Positions 1-12,759 of a stretch of DNA of 64,000 nt are shown in pieces; position 1 is the first letter of the stretch; every line of letters begins with the position of its first letter. The stretch lies in the NCBI RefSeq assembly GCF_009914755.1, contig NC_060942.1; one strand, written 5' to 3'. Both the position numbers and the translations under genes were made by a program. Source of the stretch: the human T2T-CHM13v2.0 reference genome, Homo sapiens. The notes below the pieces were generated by a model that saw nothing but the letters and a program-made list of their open reading frames with translations, had not been told where the DNA came from and did no database searches.

Positions 1-402
1 GGCAGAACAGGTTGCAACATATGGGCAAATAAATGCAGAGGTCCATGATAGGTTACCCTGGTCCAGAATATCAAACACAGTTTTCCAATTATACCGTACG
101 AGCTTCATTTGTTTGATTCTTGAAAACAACCGTTTAGATCCCTATCAGCCCCTCATATACCAAACCTTGGAGGTGATAACTCATATCAGTTACAAGCAAG
201 TTTGCCGACTAATATTTCTTACAAAGTGGGAAGTACAGCTATTGATTTTATCTTAACATAGAATTAAGAAAATCCAGGAAGCATTTTCCCAAGGACACAA
301 TTGCTTTAGTCAATATAAGGTTTAATGAATTGAAATCCTTGCTCTTTTTCTGGATATCATACTACCTCTCATTAGCTCTCTAAGAGAAAGGAGAAAGAGG
401 GG

Positions 403-783
403 TGTATTATCTGTTCTTACACTGCTATAAAGACGTACCTGAGAGTGGGTAATTTATAAAGAAAAGAGGTTTAATTGGCTTACGGTTCTGTGGGCTGTAC
501 AGGCTTCTGCTTCTGGGGAGGCTTTGGGAAACTTACAATCATGGTGGAAGGTGAAGGGGAAGCAGGCACATATTCATATGGCCAGCAGGAAAGAGGGTGA
601 AAGGGGAAGTGCTACACACTTTCAAACAACCAGATTTTGTGACAACTCACTCACCATCACGAGAACAGCAAGAGGGAAATCCACCCCATGATTTAGTCAC
701 TTCCCACCAGGTTCCTCCCCCAGTACTCAGGAATTACAATTTGACATGAAATTTGGGTGGAGACACAGAGCCAAATCATATCA
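403..783 (-). mobile_element. MSTA-like ERVL-MaLR solo LTR
   Basis: TGTATTA...CCAAATCATATCA termini; reverse complement starts TGATATGATTTGGCTCTGTGTC like THE1/MST LTRs; perfect 5-bp TSD AGGGG at 398-402 and 784-788. Confidence 0.9.
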
Positions 784-1639
784 AGGGGTAAACAGGTAGC
801 AAATGTGTAAGGCAAAGACAACTTTTTCAAATTCATAATTCTCAAAGACTTTGTCTCTATACCTGTCAAGTTGGTTGGGCTTGTTACATGCCTTGCTCTT
901 CAGCTTCTTCCTCATACAGACCCAAAATGGACAAAGCAAGGAAAACTTTAAAAGATGAACTTTTTAAAATTATCATGAAAAGATTAAAATTTACCCTTGG
1001 TAGGCACTTAGAAAATATATAATGTAGATATATACAAATATATAGATGTGGCTGAATTTTTAATCCCTGTAGATGGCTATTCTAACTGTATATGGATATG
1101 GAAATGGCTAATTCATTCATCAAGTATTTTTGGGGGGTTCTGTGTACAAAGTAGAGTTGGGGGTTATTCCTTTCAGTCTTTTGCTAATATGTCTGGGTCT
1201 TTGTACCTCGTTAAACAGCAGTGAGAATTACCATTATTTTGTCTTTATTATCCATCTCTGCTTAATTTTCTAGTGCTATGAGAAATTTAGAAGTCAAAGT
1301 AAGAGATTTACAAGTCTCTACCAGAATTCTTTCATTAGGTACCAAGTAGGACAAATCTCATGCTGGTGGCCCTGCTACTCTCAGGATTACCCCTGAAGAT
1401 CATATGAAATGATGAACGTAAAATACTTGGTAGCAAAGGGCTATATGTGTACCAGGTATACTTATCATATTATCCAAAATTTAAAATATAACAGTGTGCA
1501 ACTTGAGAGCTGATCCTATCATGCTGTTTATTAAGAAACATTCACTGATGCTTTACATTAACTATCAAAAATCCAGATTTAATATTTTCTCTTTATTTTA
1601 AACTCACAATTTAAAGTATACTTAAATTACTAATGATTC

Positions 1640-3085
1640 TTATTTATCATTATGAAAATTTTGAAAATTTGTAAAAGTGGAGAGAACAGTATTGTGAACC
1701 TCCATGTACCAATGAACCAGTTTTAAACAATTTCCAATATATGGCCAAGTTTATTTCCACTGCTATCTCCCTCCTCCCAAACACACAGTGGATTTATTAG
1801 AGCAAACACCAAACTTTTTTTTAACCATTTCATCATTAAATATGGTCATGTGCCCTAGAGCCATGTTTCAGTCAAGGACAGACTGCATGTTAGTGGCCCC
1901 ATAAGATTATATTAGAACTGAACAATTTATATTGCTTAGTGATGACATAGTCATCCTAACATTGTAGCACAATGCATTGCTCATGTGTTTGTGGTAATGC
2001 TGATGTAAACAAATCTACTTCACTGCCAGTCATATAAAAGTATGGCACATGCAGTTATGTACAGTACATAATACTTGATAGTGGTAACAAACATGTTACT
2101 AGTTTATGTATTTACTATACTATACCTTTTGTCATAATTTTAGAGTATTTCTTATAAGAGAAAAGTTAATCTCAGACAGGTCCTTTAGGAAGTATTGCAG
2201 AAGAAGGTATTGTCATCATAGGAGATGACAACTCCATGCATGTTATTGTCCCTTAAGACCTTTCATAGGGACAAGATGTGGAGGGGGAAGACAGTGATAT
2301 TGATGATCCTGATCCTGTGTAAGTCTAGGTTACTTTGTGAGTTTATGTCTTAGATTTTGTTTTTTAACAAAGTTTAAAAAGTAAAAATATAAAAATAAAA
2401 ATGTTTAAAATGAAAAAAACTTATAGAATTAGGATATAAAGAAAGACAATACATTTTACAACTATGCAATGTATCTGTGTTTTAAGCTGTGTTATCACTA
2501 GTCAAAAAGTTTAAAAATTAAAGTGTATAAAGCAAAAATGTTACATTAAGCTAAAGTTAATTTGTTACTGAAGAAAGAAAATTTTAAAAAACAAATTTAA
2601 TGTAGCCTAAGTATACAGTTTTATAAAGTCTACACTCGTGTCCAGCAATGGCCTAGGCCTTCACATTCACTCACCATTCGCTCACTGACTCACCCAGAGC
2701 AACTTCCAGTTCCACAAGCTCCATTAGTGGTAAATGCACAGGTGTACCATATTTTAATCTTTTATACCATATTTTTACTATACCTTTTCTATGCTTAGGT
2801 AGGTTTATATACACAAATACATATCATTGTGTTATAATTGCCTACAGTATTCAGTACAGTAACTAGCCTAGAAGCAATGGGTGTATTGTAGGCTATATCA
2901 TCAAGTTTGTGTAAGTACACTCTATGATGCTGGCACAATGACAAAATTGCCTAACAACATTTCTCAGAACCTATTCTCATTGCTAAGTGATATATGACTG
3001 TATATTAATATATCTCTCTAAAATATAAGGACTCTTTCTCCCATGTGTTTGTTTCAACATGACCACAATAGATGACCACATTTAA
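1640..3085 (-). mobile_element. Old L1 3'-end fragment (L1MC4-like), split by a Tigger3b insertion
   Basis: GTGAACCTCCATGTACC...CATTTCATCATTAAATA before 1843 continues after 3000 as ATCTCTCTAAAATATAAGGACTC...ACATGACCACAAT, matching recalled L1MC 3' UTR. Confidence 0.6.
1843..3000 (+). mobile_element. Tigger3b-like (Golem) TcMar DNA transposon, non-autonomous
   Basis: Ends (TG)GTCATG...ATATGACTG flanked by TA (1841-1842, 3001-3002); internal GGCCCCATAAGATTATA and CACCCAGAGCAACTTCCAG blocks typical of Tigger3. Confidence 0.85.
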
Positions 3086-4062
3086 AAGAGGCCTTCAGGA
3101 GATGATTTCTTATTGGGGAAGAATATTGTGCCATGTGGCTTACTTAAGAATATTTGGTGGCCCCCCTGAGCCCTGTGGAGGGCACAGATTCCATCCTGGA
3201 GTGGATGAAATCTCAACCCTAAGATCATCCTCTACCCACAGTCTTCCCACTGTCCCCCCACCCCTTATCTGTGCACATTTGTTCATGCTGTGTAATCTAA
3301 CATGATGCCAGTCCTCCTGCTGCCCTTCTGTTTTTACTTTCCCATTTTGTAAGAATTTCTCCAATCTAACCTTTTGTTTTCCTCACATTATTGGAGCCTC
3401 TAGTGATTTTTTTTTCTTTAAAATCTGTTTCATTCACTGTACTATTAGAAGGCAGTGTTATAGGAATTAAAAGCATGTGCTTCAGAGTGACAAAGCTGAG
3501 TCTAGAATTTCTCGTAACTGATTTACTGCTAGTAAATGTTCTTTGGAAAGTCCCCACTAACTGTCACATCTTTGAGTATTAATAGGAACAGTTTATATTG
3601 TTATTTAGAAGATTATTTATGAGTGTATATACATGTAGACCTATGTCTATATGTGTATATAGAATACAATTTCATATGTATACTACCTATACACATGCAT
3701 ATACATCAAATATATATTGTTTAGCACTGAGAACAATGAAGGTAGTATTATTATTGCTGTGGTTACAATCTGTATTCTAAACCATATTCTGCTTTCTGAT
3801 ATACACAGTAGCTTATTGTTATCTTTCACTATGTAATTCTTGAATTATTATGTTTCTTTGTGTTTACTTTCAGATGTCAGCTTCTTGAGGTCAGAGCTTT
3901 TGATTTTCCTATAGTGGCTAGCTTCACAGAGGAAATTCTCAAAGATATTTCAAAACACAGCCAGCCAGTATACAGAGAGGCAGGGAGGCCCAGGATATTC
4001 TGCTAAATAGGAGAGCCTCTCCCCGTCTCTTTAGGCTCCCTACCAAGTTCTCCTGTGCTGTT

Positions 4063-4545
4063 GGTGCATAGGCAGTTTCGTGTCAACCAAAAGACAATAT
4101 TTCTTTCTTGGATTTAATAAAAAGGGGAGGTGATTGGGCAGGCTGCTCTAAAGAAAAGACCTGCAATATCCCTCCTGCCATGGTATAGAGCATGTTGAAA
4201 TGAATCTGTAGGTTTCTTCCAAAAGACAAAAAGACTTTTTTTTTTTTTCCAGAAAACAGGTGATAGGACAACTGGAAAAACAGTCATTTCCAACTGACGT
4301 GAGTCTCCAGACAGCTGATCCTACCACAGGGCTGGCTGCTTTATTCTGGAAATGTCATCCTTCTTTAGTCTGTAAATATCATGCTATAGAACACCTTAGC
4401 CCTGGCTTTAGGAAGGGCCTGAGCCAACGGTGCACAGGCAGTTTACTGTCAACCTAAGGGCAATGCTTCTTTCTTGGAATTAATAAAAAGGCGAGGGTGC
4501 TAAGGAGGCTGCTGTGAAGAAAGGACATGCAATTCCTCCTGCCAT
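4063..4545. repeat. Diverged ~120-bp direct repeat in otherwise unique DNA (copies 4063-4181 and 4429-4545)
   Basis: Manual alignment: about 96/119 identical columns. Confidence 0.85.
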
Positions 4546-5196
4546 CACACTGTGGCTTCTTTAATAAAATGGTGAAAGAGTGTCTTTGTCCTTCAAACGC
4601 AGTCCTACTTGAGCATCTGCACTTTTTCACTTTCAAATGTGTGAATTCTTGGAATATGACTGCATCCTCCCTTTTAAACCTATACCCATAATATCTGTCA
4701 AGGGCTCTGCAGTGCCGTTTTACCTTGCAATATCTCCCAAGTCCAGGCCAAATCCTCTATTTCACCTTTTCATAGTCTAACACGCCGCTAAGTAAAGATG
4801 TAGTTCAGTTAACTAACACTTTGTAAAAAATAAATTCCCCCAGAAATGTAAAGATTATCTTTCTTACTCTAAAGCATTCCTTACTGTGAATTACACAGTC
4901 AGATTTCTCTGCATTCAGTACCTGGATGAGAACAGAAAATGACAATTTCATTGTGAAGAGGGAGGTAATTTTTGGCATATGGATCATTTCTAGTGAGGGC
5001 TGGTCTGAAAAGGGGGTTGATATTGTAGAATTTGTGTCACTAAAAGACAATATGAAAGGCTGCTTGTGGTTACAGGGGGAGGGGAACATTTGGGAGATGA
5101 TGAGAGGGAATCAGAGAAAGAAGTGGAGAGTATGAAGAATAAACTTCACCCATTTGGAAATTTTGCTGGTACTGCACAGACAGCAGCAGCAGCAAG

Positions 5197-5450
5197 AATG
5201 TTGTGGTTTAGAGTACAGGGTCTGGAGACAAATGACCTGTGAACTAATCCCGGCCGCCCTACTTACCAGGTCTGTGAACAATTTACTTAGCTTCCTTAAG
5301 CTTTAGTTTCCTTATCTGTAAAATGAGGACGAAAAAGTGTTCACAGGCCATAGGGCTGTACTGAGGATTAAAGAAGACAATGCATGTTAGTCATTTAGCA
5401 CAGTGTCTGGCACACCACACATTACGTAACCGATAAATGCTAAGTATCAC
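5197..5450 (+). mobile_element. MIR SINE
   Basis: MIR core CTTTAGTTTCCTTATCTGTAAAATGAGG and 3' TTAGCACAGTGTCTGGCACA. Confidence 0.8.
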
Positions 5451-5639
5451 TAACTACATTTGTCCTGAAAGTAGACAAAAAATAATTACTATTGGAAAGT
5501 TTTCCTATTGATAAACAACCCATTATATGTGATCTTCTTGTCTAAGTTTCTCTTTTCAGTGTCAGTTTTGAAAACATCTAATGTTTAATTTAGAACTTCA
5601 CATTTATTTGATTATTTCCCTAAGCTAAAGCTTAATGAA

Positions 5640-5905
5640 ATACTTAGTACTTTATAGAAACTGTTCTAGGTCCTTACATACATTCACGCATTTAATCTTC
5701 ATAATAGCCCATTTTACAGGTGAAGATAATCAAGGTGCAAATAGATTAAGTAACTTGTTTGTGGAGTCCCTCAGCTATTATGGTTTAACCTAGGATGATG
5801 TGATCCAGAGCCTCTGTTTTTAAGATGATGAGGCTTGGAGAGACAAGGTGACTTATTAAAGGTCATGTAGTATATGAGAAGTAGGATGGTTTGCGAATCC
5901 AGTTT
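5640..5905 (-). mobile_element. MIR SINE fragments
   Basis: CCCATTTTACAGGTGAAGA...AAGTAACTTG antisense MIR core, with a second degenerate core following. Confidence 0.65.
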
Positions 5906-6319
5906 TCAGTTTTTCCTCCCTAATAGAATTCTTTCCTTGTTAGTTTACATCTTTCCTCCATGAAGGCCACCCAGCTTAGTGTAGGAGAAAGTACAAAACC
6001 AAGTATTCAGCAGCTTGAGCTCTCAATACTTATGTGGCTTAAGGCAGGTATTGAATGGTGACATAATTCTTTGGGCTTTAGTTTTTATTTTGTATGACCT
6101 GACTGGCAATTAGTCCATACAACAGCATTTTGGGTAATTGCAAGTTAATTGGAAAATTAACTTGAAAATTGAAAAACACTAGATAGCAGTAAGATATTAT
6201 TCTTATTAATACCAATATTTCTGTCCCTTCTTTGAATATATTTCTACCATTATTTTATAGTCACAAACAAATCTGACTGATAATAATTCTCTAAAGTTTT
6301 TTCTTCTTTTTCAACTACC

Positions 6320-6430
6320 AAGTTCCAGACTCCAGCCTTTGAGAATCTGATCCAGTTGTTCTGAGACGGGCTTCTGGAATCTAATTTTTAAACCTCCCAG
6401 GTATTTCTGATTAAACAGATTTTCGAACCC
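6320..6430. mobile_element. MER5-like hAT-Charlie fragment
   Basis: GAATCTGATCCAGTTGTTCTG...GGAATCTAATTTTTAAACCTCCCAGGTATTTCTGAT resembles MER5A core. Confidence 0.55.
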
Positions 6431-6954
6431 ATGTCTATGCCACGAAGTTGAGCTTTGGATCATAGACTACCTTGAGTATTTTTCTGAGCCTGGGATTTAT
6501 CTTCTGTAAGACTGATTTCTTCAGTGGGAGTTATATTTTCTTATGTTTCCCTTATAAAACTTGCAGAACCTAGATCCGAACTGGGCAGGATAGTTGACTG
6601 AGTTATATGTAATTATTTGGTTGAACCCATTATAAGTAGATTTGTGGCATTCTTGTGTAAAAGAAGTTTTAAAAGAAACAGAGTTAAAGTTGCAGATAAA
6701 ATCCTTTACTGATGCTGATGAATTAGCTTACTGAATGGCACCCCCACGGATATAGACTATATGACCTTTCAAGGTAATGACCCTTTAGAGAGGTTACTCT
6801 TGATTCAAAGGCCAAATCAAGACAAGCAAATCATTTTGGAGAAAATAAAGTAGCTGAATCCAGCCAGCGAGCTGAATATTTAGTGAACCATCTTTTAAAT
6901 AAAGTATTCTCAGTGTTTCATTAGGGATTTAAAACCCAACCCAGAGTTTTACTG

Positions 6955-7180
6955 AGGTGTAGTATCATGGACATTCAATGCTGCAGCCAAACCTGGAATT
7001 GAATCCTGGCATCTTGCTTAACATTGGTGTAGACCCCAGCAATGTTCCTAGTTTCTCACCACCTATGTTTTCTTATCTGTGCAACTGAGAGTGTACAGAA
7101 TTAAATGAGGTAACAGACACATGAAAGCACATGTGCAGGCATATGGTGAGCATGGGGCAAATGGCAGCTGCTATTATTTT
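6955..7180 (+). mobile_element. MIR SINE
   Basis: GTTTTCTTATCTGT...AGAATTAAATGAG...GGCAGCTGCTATTATT. Confidence 0.65.
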
Positions 7181-7409
7181 TAGACATAATGAACACACCC
7201 AGAATTGTCTGTTTTCCTCATTTCCCCTGATGGTTAGAAGAAATTAATGCAGTTGCTGAAGTAGTGGAGGAGTGCATAAAGCACTGGGAAAGGCTGACTT
7301 AATACATGTGATTTAATTCCAGAATGTGTTTCTGAAAATCCCCTGACTTCTTTGTGAATATCGGTTATCTCTCTGCTTAAAAACAAGGTACACAATGCTT
7401 CTTGTAGAA

Positions 7410-7710
7410 TTTTGGCTGCTTGTTTTAGAAGGAGACATTGATAAATTGGAGAGGATCCAAAAATGATAAAAGGATTAGAGGATATGACCTACAGAGAAAG
7501 ATTATTAAAAGAACTCATACATCCAGCCTGGAGCAACGATGACAGTGGGTGGGGAATGTGATAACTGAACATAAATACTAGGAATAGGTAAGAAATAAGG
7601 AAAAAAACTATTTTGAGTTATTAGAGGGTGGACAAACAAGAATCAATGGCCTTAAACCAGAAAAGCAAGCACTTGTGTGAAGTATTCCAAGAAGAATTAT
7701 TTTCAACAGA
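7410..7710 (+). mobile_element. CR1/L3 LINE fragment (3' end of ORF2)
   Basis: GAAGGAGACATTGATAAATTGGAGAGGATCCA...ATGACCTACAGAGAAAG...CAGCCTGGAG...ACAAGAATCAATGG matches recalled L3/CR1 3' region. Confidence 0.65.
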
Positions 7711-7919
7711 GAGGTCAATTAACACCTTGATTATTTCATCTGAGAGGTGATCCTATGCAGTTCTTTAGATAGTACCTCCAAAGGCTGATTATGCAGAAGG
7801 AATATGTATCCTGGCTGCCAACACTGCATCTGTGCCCAAGTCCTTAGGCAATATATACATTTTGAAATGGAGACAAATATCATGTATTTTTTTTCTCTAT
7901 GTTTTTCTCCTTTGCCTAG

Positions 7920-8380
7920 TGTGGTTAAGTGCACTGGTGACCTTCAAAACAATATGTCCTTTTCTACAACCACAGAATCTTTGAATATGACTTTATTTCA
8001 AAAAGGCATCTTTGAAGAGATAATTTAAGGACCTTGAGATAAGGGCACCATCCTGGACTATTCGGTAGGTCCTTAATTCAACAACAAATGTCCTTATAAG
8101 ATACTGAAGAGAATACAGAGACACATGAAGAGGAAGAGGCAATGTGACCACAGAGACAGAAATTGGAGAAAGGTATCCAAGGAAGCCAGGATGGCTTGGA
8201 ACCACCAGAAGCTAGAAGGAGCAAGAAAGGCTCTTTGCTTGGAGTCTTCAGAAGGTGATTGGCTCTGCCAACACCTTGATTTCACACTCTGGCCTCTAGA
8301 AGAGTGAGAAAATAAATTTATATTGTTTTGAGCCACTCAACTTGTGGTAATTTGTTATGGAAGCCCTGGGAAACTGACAG
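7920..8380 (+). mobile_element. MLT1 (MLT1B/C-like) MaLR solo LTR
   Basis: CCACCAGAAGCTAGAAG, GCCAACACCTTGATTT, AATAAATTT...TTGTGGTAATTTGTTATGGAAGCCCTGGGAAACTGACA 3' end. Confidence 0.85.
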
Positions 8381-10019
8381 ACTCAGTGTAAAGGTTAATT
8401 TTTAAAAATAGAACTCCCAGAAATTCTGAACATCAGCCACCAAAAAAGCTGATAATTAATGCATGGAACAGAGTCTTATACGCTTCCTTATGGTTCTAAT
8501 ACTAGGATTCAGTGAGAGATGACTTCTTAGATGGAGCTCCCTACAGATGGAGCTAGAGAAATGTTGGGCAAGATGGGGTTCTGAGAGGCTGGCCTGGTCA
8601 GTGACTAGCCATAGAAGCTTGCTAAGGAAATAATCACAGAGTCTGGAATTCGGCTGAGAGCTAGGATATGAAGAACAAGTTTATCTAAATGAATAAATGG
8701 ACCAGGAACCTAAGATTGATGGTGGCTGAATCTCTTGTGAAGGAGACTCTAAGAGCTCTGAGGTAAGTTCTATAGGCTCAGCTGGTATTCAGAATCAGGG
8801 CTCCAGCCCATGCAAGGGGGACTGCAAATGCAAGAATGGGTTCTACTATGAGGAAGAGCCCAGAATACTTGGCATCTCAGAACTAGGACATTTCAAAGGG
8901 TAGAATAGCAACAACAGTAGCTTAATGAGAGCCTTCCAAGTAGAGAGCAATGAGCAGCACTCAACTTTATATGTACTTTTTCCTTAGCAGGAATCTTCCC
9001 TGACAAACTGATCTAGAGTTCAGACTTCAGGTTGTAATTCAATGAAATCTAAGAAATGGGAGTGAAAAGTAGGCTGGACCTAAAAAGCTCTCTCCACATG
9101 TAGCAACAGGTACAGGACCTTAGACCAGAAACTCTAGCACTATAGGAGCCAGTATACTGATATTCATTCAACATTTAACTAGCATATATAAAGACAGAAA
9201 AAAAAAGTTACTAAGCTATTTAACAAATATAAATATCAAGGCAATATTACAAATATTTGACAAATACATATGCAAGTAGAAATTTTTAATAATACCAGTG
9301 ATGATAGTGCCTTCATGTTGCCAAAAAATAGATGATCTAACAACAGTCATTTATTCTGATATGCTAAGATGTTTCCTATCACTTCCAAGGTATTTGATTC
9401 AAAGTGGCTTTGGAAGAAGGTATGATTACTTCAAAGGGATACTTAACACATGGTAGGATCCAGGCATCAGAGAGGAATGATTCTTTGGAACTTTCCTAGA
9501 AATTCACACATCTACTTCACCCAAATTGCTTCAAATAAGGTAAAACTTTAAAGAACTAGCTATAATTAAAAGCACTGAAAACAGACAGATTCTCCCAAGA
9601 TGTATCAAATAGCATGATGACTGAACATCAGGTAGGGTGGGCAGCGCTAACTGAGGCAGGCTTGGGCCTGAAGGCTTTGGAGGTCCTTATCATTGGTCTG
9701 CATATGATATCCTCTGAAAACTGTAGGAAGTCATCAGGCCTGAAAACTGGCTCTGATGACTTCCTACAAGAAGATTTTGTGATGCGATGGGTTTTAATTC
9801 AGAACCTTTATTTAGGATAAACTTAGAAAGGAAGATGAGAAATGGCATTGACAGATATGTGAATTTGTTGTATGAAGTGTTGGGCTCTGGGTTAGGTGCT
9901 TCACATAAATTTAAAAAATAAAGGTTACTATTTATCAGACATAATGTTCTAGCCACTACCCTATAAACTATGTGTATGATATTTTATTTGGTCCCATGGA
10001 ATAATTAATGCAATTAGCA

Positions 10020-10125
10020 TTATTCCCATTTGCAGGTGAAGAAATTGAGGGTTAGAAAGATAAGTCATTTGTTCAAATTTCCATCACAAAGAAGGAAAAG
10101 ATCTCAGATTTGAACCAGATTTGTC
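10020..10125 (-). mobile_element. MIR fragment
   Basis: CCCATTTGCAGGTGAAGAAATTGAGG...GATTTGAACC. Confidence 0.65.
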
Positions 10126-11009
10126 AGCATATGCAATTCTGCCTAAAGGTCAACATGAGTGGTAAGTCAGAAGTGGAGTTCACCTGTACTCCTGCCATTT
10201 ACCAAGACTATGCTCTTTCCTCAGCACCTTCATAACAAACAACGTAACAACAGTGGGAGAGGGCAGAGATACTATGATGGGTAGATTTATACACTCTAAT
10301 AGATATACATAGTATACCCTATGTATACTCAGTAGATATACATAGAGTATGTAATATACGTAGAGTGTGTAAATCTACATTTACACACTCTAATCAAGAC
10401 TAGGGCCATGCCTGGAGGAACAAATGGTAAGCTCCACCAAAGGCAGTTGATGCCAGCTTGAGAACACTCAGATGTGGACACTGAAGAGAGAATTCTGCTG
10501 ATTGGTTTCTAAATGCAGAAAGGAAGAGCTAGAGAAAATCTTAGGGGCTACTGAGTTCAGGGCCTTCAGTTCCCAGATGCACTGTTTACCAGAACACACC
10601 ATGAGATTCTTCAGATAATTGTCTCTCGTTTGTAAAGTCTTTGAGGATTAGTCATCATTCATCTCTTTAGTCCAGGGATGCTGCTGAGCCAGCACCTTAC
10701 CACACTGCTGGTGATATGGACAGTGTTATTAGTATTGTCCCAGAATAAAACATAACTAGCACCATAAATCTACTGACACTGGAAAGAAAGGCACAGAATT
10801 TATGCCAACACAGTATTGGTTTGCGATTGTCTGTTATTGTCTTTGCCACTATTGGGAATAGAGCCAGGTGACTGAAGTGTACAATGAAGATTCACATCCC
10901 TCGAATGGAAATTACAGGCCGTGTAACTGCACAATAAACAGCAGGCAGTTGCCAAATCAGTAAATTCTCCCCAGTAAATGCTTTGGCGGTTTCAAGATAG
11001 ATTGGTTTG

Positions 11010-11240
11010 GGCAGTGAGCTTAGATCATCAGAATTCAATCTTGGTTCTGTCACCTTATACCTGCTGTGTGACCCTAGGTAAGTTAATCTTTCTGTTTCAG
11101 AAATTTCTCATCTACAAAATGTCATTTGTAAAAATATCATCTGACCTATAGAAGTGTTGGGAAGATTAAGGTACTATATATAATGAAAGAAGCACCACAC
11201 CCTGCAGATGTTAGTTGCACCATTGATAATACAATAATAG
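11010..11240 (+). mobile_element. MIR SINE
   Basis: GCTGTGTGACCCTAGGTAAGTT...TTTCTCATCTACAAAATG. Confidence 0.7.
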
Positions 11241-12759
11241 GAAAAAGAGTTGTTGCTGTATCACAAGTGCCACTTCTATGAAGCCTGTCTCCACCCTACT
11301 ACTCTTGCAGAGGGCTTGAAGAAGACTCATGCATGACCCCTGCCCCAAGGGATTCATTATCACAAAGCACAAATCCCTAATCTTTTGTTATTTTCCAAAA
11401 GTTTATATGAAAACATTTAAACACCATTGTGCATTTATCAACACAGATAATTATATTTTGGATCAATCAGCAAGGGACTCCAAAAATCAAATTATTACCA
11501 GGTAATGATGGGAGAGTATGGTGGCATTTGTAAGCTTCCCTTCCTGTGATCAACAGCTCTGTTCACAGAGTGGTTCACGAAAGTTCTAGGAACAATCTGT
11601 GGCCATGAGGTGGGAATGACAGGACTTTTTTGTGTGTCATTCTAAAAGGTCTCTAACCAACAAAGGGAATAGACCACAAGGACAGGTACCCCAGTTGGAA
11701 TGGCAGTTGGGACTCATCTGGTCCCAAACCCCATGTAGCTTTCCTCTTAGGAAATTATCAGGCCTAAGCATGAAGACATCAGGGTGGTCATACACTCTAC
11801 AGGACATATGACCCAGCTCCTCTCTTGACAGTCTGTTAGAAACTTAAAGTGACACAAATGCCATCTCATCACTACATCACCATGGAAGTTCCAGCCCACT
11901 TCCTTTCCTTTCTTGTCCTCACACACAGGAAGCCATCTATTCATGCCGTTCCCAGGGCTTCCTTCTCCGTGTTATAAATCACCGTTTCTTTGTTTGGGTC
12001 CTGACAATAAAAGCTGGCTGGTCCTTTTGCTCTCTTATCTGTGTTCTGAACATGCTGCAGTTTGTCTTCTGGAGCGTGTCATGAAGAAGCAGGTCTTACA
12101 CATCTAAGTGTGTTTGACCAGGGCATAAGCTCTAACCCCCTTTCTAAAATATTTCATTCCAGTTAATGTGCACATAGTCAAGAATTTTAAAATTTGAGTT
12201 TCACAGTTTTGAAATTTATTTTTTTCTTATGTTCTAGGAACAATGAATTGAATCCCAGTTTGCCTAATTCAGACTCCGCATGTAGCTCTCAACTGATATT
12301 CCTACAAACTCAGGCACAAACTTTATTTGGCACAATCGTAAAATGCTGGTTCTTGTTGCTGGTGTCTTAGACCATCACGGTACTAGATTCTAAGCCTCTT
12401 GAGTCTAGGTGTCCACATAAGATCTACAACTACTCACTGAGCACATAGCACGCATGTGCAAGGCACATTCACACATATTACTCCATACTCCCCTCACAAT
12501 GAAGCAGAAAACTGAGCCTGGGACATGTTGCATGTCTATCACATCATGAACAAGAGACAGAGCCAGGACCTGAATATTATGTCTTCTGCTCCAATCCCAG
12601 TGCCTTTTTGTCATTTATTTTTAATGTTGTTTAATTTTGATATATTTCAAACAGAATAATACAGAGAACAACACAAGGTATACTTTCATCCTAAAAAAAC
12701 AAATTTGTCAAATTAAAATACCTTACCATATTTTCTTTGCCTATAAAATTTCTGAGACT

